Source: Phycisphaera mikurensis NBRC 102666
GTDB lineage: Bacteria; Planctomycetota; Phycisphaerae; Phycisphaerales; SM1A02
Reading direction: 5' to 3'
Assembly (NCBI GenBank): GCA_945877905.1
Contig: CAMDUT010000001.1
Span: 1 to 61,365, forward strand
DNA length: 61,365 bases
The position numbers and the translations under genes are program-made. The notes beneath the pieces were generated by a model. The model saw nothing but the letters and a program-made list of their open reading frames with translations. It searched no databases and was not told the DNA's origin. Shown one piece after another: positions 9,318 to 17,119 of the stretch. How positions within the stretch are numbered: position 1 is the stretch's first letter; each line of letters starts with the position of its first letter.

Positions 9318-10847
9318 ATGCACGCCGGCCCGCACGTGGTCCTGCGCGCCCGGGGGCTGGGCAAGCGCTACGGCGGCGTGGCGGCGCTCGCGGGCGTCGA
9401 CCTCGAGCTGCGCGCCGGCGAGGTGCACGCGATCGTCGGCGAGAACGGGGCGGGCAAGAGCACCCTGCTGCGGATCCTCGGGGGCGTGCATGCGCCGGAC
9501 GCAGGAACCCTCGAACTGGCGGAGGGGGCGGACGGACCCGTTCCCGTGGAGCTCGGCGGCGTGCGCGCGGCGCTCGGGGCGGGCATCGCGCTGGTGCACC
9601 AGGAGCTGAACCTCGCGGAGAACCTCGACGTCGCGGGTGCCATTTTCCTGGGGCGCGAGCCCGCGCGACTGGGCGTCATGGACCGCGCGCGCATGCGGCG
9701 CGAGGCCGCCGAGTGGATGCGGCTCGTCGGGCTCGACGCCTCGCCCGACGCGGAATGCGGCGCGCTTCCGATCGCCCAGCGGCAGCTGGTGGAGGTGGCC
9801 CGCGCCCTCGCGTGCCAGGCGCGCGTCCTGGTGCTGGACGAACCGACCTCGAGCCTCTCGGAGCGCGAGACGGTCCGGCTGCTCGGCATCCTGCGCGACC
9901 TGCGCGCGACGGGCGTCGCCATCGCGTTCGTGTCGCACCACCTCGACGAGGTGATCGACGTGGCCGACCGCGTGACGGTGCTGCGCGACGGCCGGACGGT
10001 GGCGCACGCCGCGCGGGGGACCTTCGACCGTCCGGCGCTCGAGCGCTGGATGGTGGGGCGCGACGTGGCGCGCCGCGGAGCACGCCGCACGCGCGAGGAC
10101 GCGCCGGTGCGCCTGCGGGCGCACGGCGTGAGGGGGGCGCACCGCGGCGGGCACGCGGTGACGCTCGAGGTCCGCGCCGGCGAGGTCGTGGGCATCGCGG
10201 GATTGGTGGGTGCCGGTCGCACCGAGCTCCTCGAGGCGATCGCGGGCGTCGCGCACCGCGGCGGGACCGTGGAGCTCGACGGCGAGCCGCTTCGGGGCGA
10301 CACGGTGCGGCGCGTGCGGCGCGGCGTGTGCCTGGTGCCCGAGGACCGCGCGCGCAACGGCCTGCTGCCGGCGGACGCGGTCTCGACGAACGTGTCGCTT
10401 GCGTGGGTGGGCCGGGGCGGCGCGAGGATCGACCGTGCCGGCGAGCGCGGCATGGTGACGCGCGTGATCGACCGGCTGCGCGTGCGCCCGGCGGACCCCG
10501 CGCGCCGCGTGCATTCGCTCTCGGGCGGCAACCAGCAGAAGACCGTGCTCGGGCGGTGGACCGCGATCGAGCCGAGGGTGCTGCTCCTCGACGAACCGAC
10601 GCGCGGCGTGGACGTCGGCGCGCGCGCCGAGATCCATGACGAGGTGCGGCGGCTCGCGGACGCCGGCACCGCCGTGCTGTTCGCGTCGAGCGAGCTCGAG
10701 GAGGTGCTCCTCCTCGCCGACCGCGTCGTGGTGATGCACGAGGGGCGCATCGCGGGCGAGCTCACGGCAGGAGAGGCCACGGAGGAGTCGATCATGCACC
10801 TCGCGACGGGCGGCACGCACGCCGGATCGAGGGGAGCGACGGCATGA
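9318..10847 (+). CDS. Sugar ABC transporter ATP-binding protein with duplicated ATPase domains (RbsA-like)
   Basis: Walker A GENGAGKSTLLRIL, Walker B VLVLDEPTSSLS, second signature LSGGNQQKTVL, and LLLDEPTRGVD. Internal ATG start at 9318 within ORF 8367..10847. Confidence 0.9.
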   Translation: MHAGPHVVLRARGLGKRYGGVAALAGVDLELRAGEVHAIVGENGAGKSTLLRILGGVHAPDAGTLELAEGADGPVPVELGGVRAALGAGIALVHQELNLAENLDVAGAIFLGREPARLGVMDRARMRREAAEWMRLVGLDASPDAECGALPIAQRQLVEVARALACQARVLVLDEPTSSLSERETVRLLGILRDLRATGVAIAFVSHHLDEVIDVADRVTVLRDGRTVAHAARGTFDRPALERWMVGRDVARRGARRTREDAPVRLRAHGVRGAHRGGHAVTLEVRAGEVVGIAGLVGAGRTELLEAIAGVAHRGGTVELDGEPLRGDTVRRVRRGVCLVPEDRARNGLLPADAVSTNVSLAWVGRGGARIDRAGERGMVTRVIDRLRVRPADPARRVHSLSGGNQQKTVLGRWTAIEPRVLLLDEPTRGVDVGARAEIHDEVRRLADAGTAVLFASSELEEVLLLADRVVVMHEGRIAGELTAGEATEESIMHLATGGTHAGSRGATA

Positions 10848-11836
10848 GCGCGCTCCGGAAGAACGCGGGAATCCTCTGCGTGCTCGTGGCCGTGTGCGCG
10901 GCGGCGGCGATCTTCGGCGACAACTTCCTGACGGGCTACAACCTCACGAACCTCACGCAGCGGTCGGCGCTCTTCGGGATCCTGGCGCTGGGCGCGGGGC
11001 TGGTGATCGCGACCGGGGGCATCGACCTCTCGATCGGGTCGGTGGTGTGCCTGGCGGGCATCGCGACGCCGTGGCTCCTGGTCGAGCGCGGATGGTCGCC
11101 GTGGACGGCCGTGCCCACGGTGCTCGCGGGGTGCGCGGGCATCGGGCTCGCGCACGGGCTGCTGGTGACGCGGCTGAGGCTGCAGCCGTTCCTGGTGACG
11201 CTGTGCGGGCTGCTCCTCTACCGGGGCATCGCGCGGTGGATGACGGGGGACCAGTCGCAGGGGTTCCAGGGCGAGTTCGGCGCGCTGCGCGACGTGGCGC
11301 TCGCGCGCTTCGACGTGCCCGGGCTCGCCGGATACCGCCTGCCGGCGACGGTGATCCCGCTGGCGATGCTCGCAGTGGCGATGGCCTTCGCGCTGCACCG
11401 CACGGTGTGGGGCCGGTGGCTGCTCGCAACGGGGCGCAACGAGGCTGCGGCGCGCTACAGCGGCGTCCCCACCGCGCGGCTGGTGACGCTTGCGTACGTC
11501 GCGTGCAGCACGCTCGCCGGGTTCGGCGGCATGCTCTTCATCTTCGACATCGGGAGCGCGCAGCCGAGCGACTTCGGGAACTTCTACGAGCTCTACGCCA
11601 TCGCCGCGGCGGTGCTCGGCGGGTGCAGCCTGCGCGGCGGCGAGGTGAGCGTCACGGGCATCCTGCTCGGCGCCGCGACGCTGCAGGTCCTGCGCACGGC
11701 GATCATCCTGGTGGGGCTGAGCTCGCAGCTCGAGTTCGCGGTGATCGGCGCGGTGCTGCTGGTGGGCGTGGCCGCCGACGAGCTGGTGCGGCGGTGGGCC
11801 GAGCGGCGGCGGAACCGGGCGGCGCGGGGAGGGTGA
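10844..11836 (+). CDS. Sugar ABC transporter permease (RbsC-like)
   Basis: Multi-TM protein with GGIDLSIGSV and the RTVWGRWLLATGRNEAAARYSGV motif. Its ATG overlaps the upstream stop (ATGA). Confidence 0.9.
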   Translation: MSALRKNAGILCVLVAVCAAAAIFGDNFLTGYNLTNLTQRSALFGILALGAGLVIATGGIDLSIGSVVCLAGIATPWLLVERGWSPWTAVPTVLAGCAGIGLAHGLLVTRLRLQPFLVTLCGLLLYRGIARWMTGDQSQGFQGEFGALRDVALARFDVPGLAGYRLPATVIPLAMLAVAMAFALHRTVWGRWLLATGRNEAAARYSGVPTARLVTLAYVACSTLAGFGGMLFIFDIGSAQPSDFGNFYELYAIAAAVLGGCSLRGGEVSVTGILLGAATLQVLRTAIILVGLSSQLEFAVIGAVLLVGVAADELVRRWAERRRNRAARGG

Positions 11837-11906
11837 GCGGGGGCGGCGGGGGCGCGGAAGCGGCGCAGTTATCGATGCGCGCGGCAATCGCTATACTTCG
11901 ATGTCT

Positions 11907-11981
11907 CGGGCTGTAGCGCAGTTTGGCTAGCGCGTTTGACTGGGGGTCAAAAGGTCGTGGGTTCAAATCCCGCCAGCCCGA
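11907..11981 (+). tRNA. tRNA-Pro (anticodon GGG)
   Basis: Hand-folded cloverleaf: CGGGCTG-TA-GCGC/AGTTTGGCTA/GCGC-G-TTTGA/CTGGGGG/TCAAA-AGGTC-GTGGG/TTCAAAT/CCCGC-CAGCCCG-A. Total 75 nt. No encoded CCA. Confidence 0.9.
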
Positions 11982-11992
11982 CTCCTCACTTC

Positions 11993-12022
11993 GAAGCCGA
12001 AGGCCCAAGCGCCTTCGGCTTC
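11993..12022 (+). terminator. Stem-loop downstream of tRNA-Pro
   Basis: Perfect 12-bp inverted repeat gaagccgaaggc / gccttcggcttc with a 6-nt loop, directly after the tRNA. Confidence 0.6.
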
Positions 12023-12228
12023 GGCGTTCAGGGGTCGGACTGTGCGGCGCTGCACACCGCGCGGCTACCGCCGCGCGAGCCTCGCGCACGCGCGGTGGCG
12101 CGGGCATGTCACGAGGTGCTCGTTGAACATCCCGACCGCCTGCGGGTTGAAGGGTCACGACCGGAAATCGGCCGGTGCTTGCCGGATCGCGGAACCCGCC
12201 GTCCACGACGTGCCTCATACTCCGCACC

Positions 12229-12501
12229 ATGACCCCCGCCACCGCCTCCGCGTTCAAGTCCCTCCACGCCGCCTCGCTCGCGCCTGCGGCGCTCGACCTC
12301 AAGACGAAGGAGCTCATCGCCCTCGCCTGCGGAATCAGCCGGCTGTGCGAGGGGTGCGTGGTGCACCACGTCAAGGCCGCGAAGGCCGCGGGAGCCACCC
12401 TCGAGGAGATCCACGACACGCTCGACGTCTGCGTGCTGATGGGCGGCGGGCCGGCCAGCGTGTTCGGGCGCAAGGCGCTCGACGCGTGGAACGCGGGGTG
12501 A
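12229..12501 (+). CDS. Carboxymuconolactone decarboxylase (AhpD-like) family protein
   Basis: MTPATASAFKSLHAASLAPAALDLKTKELIALACGISRLCEGCVVHHVKAAKAAGATLEEIHDTL. The CxxC(xxH) motif is typical of the CMD/AhpD fold. Confidence 0.85.
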   Translation: MTPATASAFKSLHAASLAPAALDLKTKELIALACGISRLCEGCVVHHVKAAKAAGATLEEIHDTLDVCVLMGGGPASVFGRKALDAWNAG

Positions 12502-12596
12502 GCGGGGTAAGCGGGCGAACCGGCGTCGCTCGCACGGCTCACGCCGGGATTCGCCGCAACGAACGTCCCGGCCGCGTGCCGATAGGATCCCTCACG

Positions 12597-12827
12597 ATGA
12601 TCCGCCCCGAACGCATCGCCGGCGCCGAGTGGGCCGAGTGGTACCGGATGTCGCCCCAGCAGCGATGGAAGGCCAGCGAACGGCTCTGGGCGACCTTCCT
12701 GGCGCTGGGAGGCTCCCTTGATCCCGAACCCGATACGCAGAGTCCTTTCTTCGATGCGCGCGCACCGCGTTCGCGCGTTGCTCATGGGCGGGCAAGCGTG
12801 CGTGTTCTACGGCGCGGCCGAGTTTAG
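12597..12827 (+). CDS. Small conserved-looking hypothetical protein (76 aa)
   Basis: MIRPERIAGAEWAEWYRMSPQQRWKASERLWATFLALGGSLDPEPDTQSPFFD... starts at an internal ATG of ORF 12042..12827. The N-terminal two thirds have balanced composition. The tail overlaps the next gene out of frame. Confidence 0.55.
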   Translation: MIRPERIAGAEWAEWYRMSPQQRWKASERLWATFLALGGSLDPEPDTQSPFFDARAPRSRVAHGRASVRVLRRGRV

Positions 12828-13461
12828 TCGGGACATCGATTTCGCCGTACTCGCGGACGCCACCAACCTCGGCCGCCTGAAGCGCGCGCTCGCGGACCTC
12901 ATGGCCGAGCCGATCGCGGTGCCGCCGCTCCAGCTGCGGCACTTGCGCAAGGGACACGCGGTCCATCATCGATGCATGCACCCCGAGGCACATCGCATGC
13001 GGGTGGACGTGATGTCGCGCATGCGCGGGGTCGACGGCTTCGACGCGCTCTGGCGGCGGAGGACGCAGATCGCCCTCCCGGACGGGACGAAGTGCGACCT
13101 CATGTCGTTGCCCGACCTCGTGCAGGCGAAGAAGACGCAGCGCGACAAAGACTGGCCCATGATCCGGCGGCTCGTCGAAGCCCACTACTTCGAGCACCGC
13201 GCGCGGCCCAACCCGGCGCAAGTCCGCTTCTGGCTCCGCGAGTTGCGAACCCCGGAACTCCTCGCGGAAGCCGCAGGGAGGCACCCACGCATCGCCGCCG
13301 GCACTGCGAAGGCTCGCCCGGCCACGGCGGTCGCGATCGACGGGAACCTGGATGCGATCGCGGCAGAACTGTTCCGGGAGGAGGCGGCGGAGCGCGGCGC
13401 GGACCGGGAATACTGGCAGCCGCTGATCGCGGAACTCGCCGAATTTCGCAGGATGCGTTGA
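12754..13461 (+). CDS. Nucleotidyltransferase-fold protein (AbiEii/DUF6036-like minimal NTase)
   Basis: LLMGGQACVFYGAAEFSRDIDFAVL carries the G[GS]-x9-13-DxD signature of pol-beta-type NTases. A helical C-terminal half follows. The start is ambiguous: 12718, 12754 or 12784. Confidence 0.7.
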   Translation: MRAHRVRALLMGGQACVFYGAAEFSRDIDFAVLADATNLGRLKRALADLMAEPIAVPPLQLRHLRKGHAVHHRCMHPEAHRMRVDVMSRMRGVDGFDALWRRRTQIALPDGTKCDLMSLPDLVQAKKTQRDKDWPMIRRLVEAHYFEHRARPNPAQVRFWLRELRTPELLAEAAGRHPRIAAGTAKARPATAVAIDGNLDAIAAELFREEAAERGADREYWQPLIAELAEFRRMR

Positions 13462-13525
13462 TGTCGTGCACGCCGGCTGTCGGCGAACCGGCGTCGCTCG
13501 CCCGCCCCTCGAATTTCCTGCACCC

Positions 13526-13765
13526 ATGACCTCACGCCGAACCCGGGAACCCGGCCGCGCCCGCCGCACCGCATTCACGCTGGTCGAGCTCCTCGTCGTC
13601 ATCGGCATCATCGGCCTGCTCGTGGCGCTCTTGCTGCCGGCGCTCGGGCGCGTGATGCAGCGCTCGCGGGCGGCACAGACGCTCGCCACCGTTCCCGCCC
13701 CGGGCGCGTTCGCCATCCTCGGTGCCGCCGGCCTGGTCGCCGGCGGTGCTCGCCGCCGCGCCTGA
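13526..13765 (+). CDS. Chimeric mini-protein (79 aa): prepilin-type N-terminal cleavage/methylation domain fused directly to a PEP-CTERM sorting domain
   Basis: MTSRRTREPGRARRTAFTLVELLVVIGIIGLLVALLLPALGRVMQRSRAAQTLATVPAPGAFAILGAAGLVAGGARRRA. The N-terminus carries the FTLVELLVVI pilin signature. The C-terminus carries VPAPG, a TM helix and RRR. Confidence 0.65.
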   Translation: MTSRRTREPGRARRTAFTLVELLVVIGIIGLLVALLLPALGRVMQRSRAAQTLATVPAPGAFAILGAAGLVAGGARRRA

Positions 13766-13800
13766 CCGGCCAGCCGCGCGGACCATCCCGGAACGCAGCG

Positions 13801-13828
13801 CGGGAGACGGCCGACCGGCCGTCTCCCG
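13801..13828. terminator. GC-rich hairpin between the mini-protein gene and tRNA-Ser, possibly a bidirectional terminator
   Basis: cgggagacggcc-gacc-ggccgtctcccg, a 12-bp perfect stem. Confidence 0.6.
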
Positions 13829-13839
13829 CGCGTTTCAGG

Positions 13840-13926
13840 CGGACAGGGTGGGATTCGAACCCACGATACGGTTACCCGTATACAGCATTTCCAATGCTGC
13901 TCCTTCAACCGCTCGGACACCTGTCC
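13840..13926 (-). tRNA. tRNA-Ser (anticodon GGA)
   Basis: The reverse complement reads GGACAGG TG TCCGAGCGGTTGAAGGAG CAGCA/TTGGAAA/TGCTG, then the long variable arm TATACGGGTAACCGTATC, then GTGGG/TTCGAAT/CCCAC CCTGTCC G. Total 87 nt, class II tRNA. Confidence 0.9.
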
Positions 13927-13959
13927 AGGCCGAAGAAGTGTAGCGGGGGCGCGGGTGGG

Positions 13960-16320
13960 CTACGGGACCGTGGCCACAGGCGTTGGCTCGGCATCGATTG
14001 CCGGTTCCAGCACCCACACCGCCCCGGCGGACCGGATATTGCCGATGTCCTCGTCGGGGGCGCCCGCGAGGAGCGACTCGTTCGGACCCAGAACGGCGAG
14101 GCTCGTTCCCAGCGCCGCGCCGCGCGCACCGCCGCGGGCACGCATCCGCACCCGCCCATCACGCGCATCGCGAATCTCGACCATGCCCGCGGCGGCACCG
14201 ATGCCTTCGGCCATCGGGGAAGCGACCGCACACCACGCTGCATCGCCCCATGCGGCGACCGTGAATCCCTGCTGCGCACCTTGGCCAAGCGGTGCGTCGG
14301 CACCGCGTGCGTCCCACGGGTCGCGACCGACGCAGTGCACCGAGCCGCCGCCGCCGCGCGGGTTCGCGTGTGCGGGTGCACCCACGATCAGCCGCGGTGT
14401 CGAGGTGCGATCGTCACCCGGCACATGGACCGCGGCGATCGAGTAGCCGAACCAGTCGTCGGGCCCCGCGCCCTCGTCGATGCCGAGCACCTTCGCCTCG
14501 CCCCGCGCGAGCGCTTCCGCGTCGATGCGAAGGACGCGGCCGATCCCGCCCGGACCGGGACGGTCACCGAGCGGCGCACCGACGGCGAGCACGTCACGCC
14601 CGCCGTCGCGGAACGCGGCGAGCGCCACGCCGACAGCGAACGAGCCCGCGGGCGCTGCGAAGAACCGCGGCTGGGGCCGTGCGGGGCCGAACGCGTCCCG
14701 CGCACCGCGAAGGACGACGAGGCCGCCCGCACGACCGACTCCGGAGCCAGGCGACCCGACGACGAGGTCACTCACGCCGTCTTGATCGAGGTCGACGCCG
14801 ATGATGCCGGTCGGCAGCTTGCCGAGCTCGACGTCGAGGCGCACGACGGACCCGGCGTTCGTGCCGATATCCAGTTCTGCGGTGGCGAGGAGGCTGCATC
14901 CGCGCACCACGTGCACGGTGCCGGAATCGTTCGCGTCGCCGCAGGAGAGCACCGCGAGCTCGTCGTCGCCGTCGCCGTCGAGGTCGCCGACGAAGCGCAC
15001 GATCGCTCCCGCCCGGCCGCGAAGCGCGGTGCCGGCCACGCGGTGCACGGGGCGGGCGGACATCATGCCCGCGCCGCGTGCGGCGGCGACGTCGTCGAGG
15101 GCGAAGATCGCGACCTCGCCGCCATGCTCGACCCAGCGTTCCGGCGAACGACGGCCCGGTGAATCAGGGCATCCCACCGCCACCAGCGTGCGCCCTCCGA
15201 CGGATCCGACGTGGACCGACGTTCCGAACGACGCATTCGGGTAATCGCCCTCGAGGCGAAACGACTGCCCGGGGACCATCGTGACGGACGCGGGTCCCTC
15301 GACGGGCGCGGGCATGGATCGCGACTGCCACGCGGCGAAGGCGACCGCGGCCGTCCCCGCCGCGACGAGCGCCAGCACGACGGCGCGGGTCCGTCCGTGC
15401 GCCGCCGGCCTGCGCACCGCGCGTGGCCACCTCCCGGCCGCGGCGTCCCGGAGCGACTGGGCGAACTCGTCCGCGTTCGCGAAGCGGTCGCCGATCGCGG
15501 GAGCCGTCGCCATGTCAAGCACGGCTGACACGCGCGCGTCCAGCGATGGCGCGAGCTTCGCCGCCGACCGCGGGGGTTCGGTGGCCACGCGGGCCACCTG
15601 GGCCGCGACGGACCCCGCGGGCGCATGGGGAAGTTCGCCGGTGAGCAGCAGGAACGCGGTGGCGCCGAGGCTCCAGACGTCGGACGCCGGGCCGATGGAC
15701 GCACGCTCGCCCCGCGCCTGCTCCGGCGACATGAACGAGGGCGACCCCGCGGGCAGCCCGTCGATGGTGCGGTCGAGCGGCGAGTCGATGAATGCCCCCA
15801 GGCCGAGGTCGATGAGCACGGGCTGGTCGCCGCGCGCGATGACGATGTTCGCGGGCTTGACGTCGCGATGGACGATGCCCGCACGGTGCAGCTCCGCGAG
15901 CGCGTCGGCGATCCGGGCGAGCATCGCGATGCGTTCCGGAACCGGCCGCGTGGAAGCCCATGCGTCGAGCGAGGGACCGTCGATGAACTCGGTGGCGAGC
16001 CACGGGTGGCCGTCGGCGATGCCGGATCCCTCGAAGCGCGCGATGCAGGGAAGCCGGCACTCGGAGAGGACGCGGAGCTCGGACCAGTGGCGGGAGGGGA
16101 AGCCGTCGGCCGGAAATCGCGCCACCTTGATCGCGACCATCGAGCCGTCGGCGTCTCGGATGGCGAGCCAGGTGGATGCCTGTCCTCCGGAACCGAGCGC
16201 CGCGATGATCCGGAAGCCGGGGACCTGCGGGGCCCCGTGGGGGACCTGCGGGTCGCCGAGCTCCGACCACAGCCGGGACGCTGCTTCGGTGGAAGGGATC
16301 TCGATGGGAGCGTGGCTCAT
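13960..16320 (-). CDS. Ser/Thr protein kinase with one TM segment and an extracytoplasmic FG-GAP/VCBS-type beta-propeller
   Basis: Kinase motifs: GSGGQASTW, VAIKVA, HRDVKPANIV, DLGLG, SPSFMSPEQ. A hydrophobic segment AVVLALVAAGTAAVAFAAW follows. Then come repeats such as GDLDGDGDDELAV, DLDQDGVSDLVVGSPG, FGYSIAAV and LIVGAP. Starts at the internal ATG 16320 (MSHAPIEI). Confidence 0.9.
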   Translation of the reverse strand: MSHAPIEIPSTEAASRLWSELGDPQVPHGAPQVPGFRIIAALGSGGQASTWLAIRDADGSMVAIKVARFPADGFPSRHWSELRVLSECRLPCIARFEGSGIADGHPWLATEFIDGPSLDAWASTRPVPERIAMLARIADALAELHRAGIVHRDVKPANIVIARGDQPVLIDLGLGAFIDSPLDRTIDGLPAGSPSFMSPEQARGERASIGPASDVWSLGATAFLLLTGELPHAPAGSVAAQVARVATEPPRSAAKLAPSLDARVSAVLDMATAPAIGDRFANADEFAQSLRDAAAGRWPRAVRRPAAHGRTRAVVLALVAAGTAAVAFAAWQSRSMPAPVEGPASVTMVPGQSFRLEGDYPNASFGTSVHVGSVGGRTLVAVGCPDSPGRRSPERWVEHGGEVAIFALDDVAAARGAGMMSARPVHRVAGTALRGRAGAIVRFVGDLDGDGDDELAVLSCGDANDSGTVHVVRGCSLLATAELDIGTNAGSVVRLDVELGKLPTGIIGVDLDQDGVSDLVVGSPGSGVGRAGGLVVLRGARDAFGPARPQPRFFAAPAGSFAVGVALAAFRDGGRDVLAVGAPLGDRPGPGGIGRVLRIDAEALARGEAKVLGIDEGAGPDDWFGYSIAAVHVPGDDRTSTPRLIVGAPAHANPRGGGGSVHCVGRDPWDARGADAPLGQGAQQGFTVAAWGDAAWCAVASPMAEGIGAAAGMVEIRDARDGRVRMRARGGARGAALGTSLAVLGPNESLLAGAPDEDIGNIRSAGAVWVLEPAIDAEPTPVATVP

Positions 16321-16367
16321 CTCGTGGCGATTCCCCGCGCTGCGTTGCGTATTCTGACGCGCCGCCG

Positions 16368-17093
16368 ATGAGCGCGGAGTTCCCGACCACCGAGTGGCAG
16401 ATGATCGCGGACGCATGCTCGCCGAGCATCGCCCAGCGGCAGGACGCGCTCGGGCGCGTCTTCCGCGCCTACTTGCCTCCCATCGAGGCCTGGCTCCGGA
16501 AGCTGGGAGCGGACCCGGAGCGGGCCTCCGAGACCGCGCAGGACTTCTTCGCCAAGGTGCTCATCGAGCGCCGGCTCCTCGACGGCGCGGACCGCGCCAA
16601 GGGGCGGCTGCGGACGCTGCTGCGAACGGCCCTCGAGCGCTACCGCGTCGACACCATTCGGCGCGACGATGCGCGTGCCCGCGCCGAATCCGCGGCGGGC
16701 GGGCAGCTGGCCGCCGATGGGGCGCGGTCGGACGCGAACCCGCCCGGGGCCGACGACTTCGACGCCGAATGGACGCGCGCGCAGCTTGAGATGACCGTCT
16801 CCCGGGCCCGGGACCTGATGCTCGCGACCGGGCGCGAACGGGAGTGGCGGGTGTTCGAGCTCGCCGCGCTCCTGCCCGCCATCCATGGCACGTCCAAGCC
16901 GCCCATGGACGAGGTCGCCCGGCAGGTCGGGCTCCCGAGCGCGGCCGTCGCGAGCAACCTGCTCTTCCAGGCACGCCGCCGCGTGGGCGCCATGTTCATG
17001 GAGGTCGTGAGCGAGACGGTCGCGGGTGCAAGCGACTTTCGCGAGGAGCTTGGCCACCTCGAGGGCGTGCTCAAGCGGCCCGCGAAGGACTGA
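16368..17093 (+). CDS. ECF-type RNA polymerase sigma factor, kinase-associated (ECF43-like) class
   Basis: N-terminal FPTTEWQMIADA, then GRVFRAYLPPIEAWLRKLG...AQDFFAKVL...KGRLRTLLRTALERYRVD. C-terminal HTH MDEVARQVGLPSAAVASNLLFQARRRV. It is divergent from the kinase with a 47-bp spacer. Confidence 0.8.
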   Translation: MSAEFPTTEWQMIADACSPSIAQRQDALGRVFRAYLPPIEAWLRKLGADPERASETAQDFFAKVLIERRLLDGADRAKGRLRTLLRTALERYRVDTIRRDDARARAESAAGGQLAADGARSDANPPGADDFDAEWTRAQLEMTVSRARDLMLATGREREWRVFELAALLPAIHGTSKPPMDEVARQVGLPSAAVASNLLFQARRRVGAMFMEVVSETVAGASDFREELGHLEGVLKRPAKD

Positions 17094-17119
17094 CGCAACG
17101 CGCGTCTGCGCGACGGGCC

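Noticed and set aside
9135-11887. ORFs 9135..10820 (-) and 9368..11887 (-, 839 aa).
   Set aside because: They are antisense to the ABC ATPase and permease genes, which carry unmistakable Walker and signature motifs. The composition is biased.
12042-12596. The upstream extension of ORF 12042..12827, which would make a 261-aa protein.
   Set aside because: The upstream part is R/G/A-rich and overlaps the well-supported AhpD-like gene in another frame. Only the ATG at 12597 gives a sensible product.
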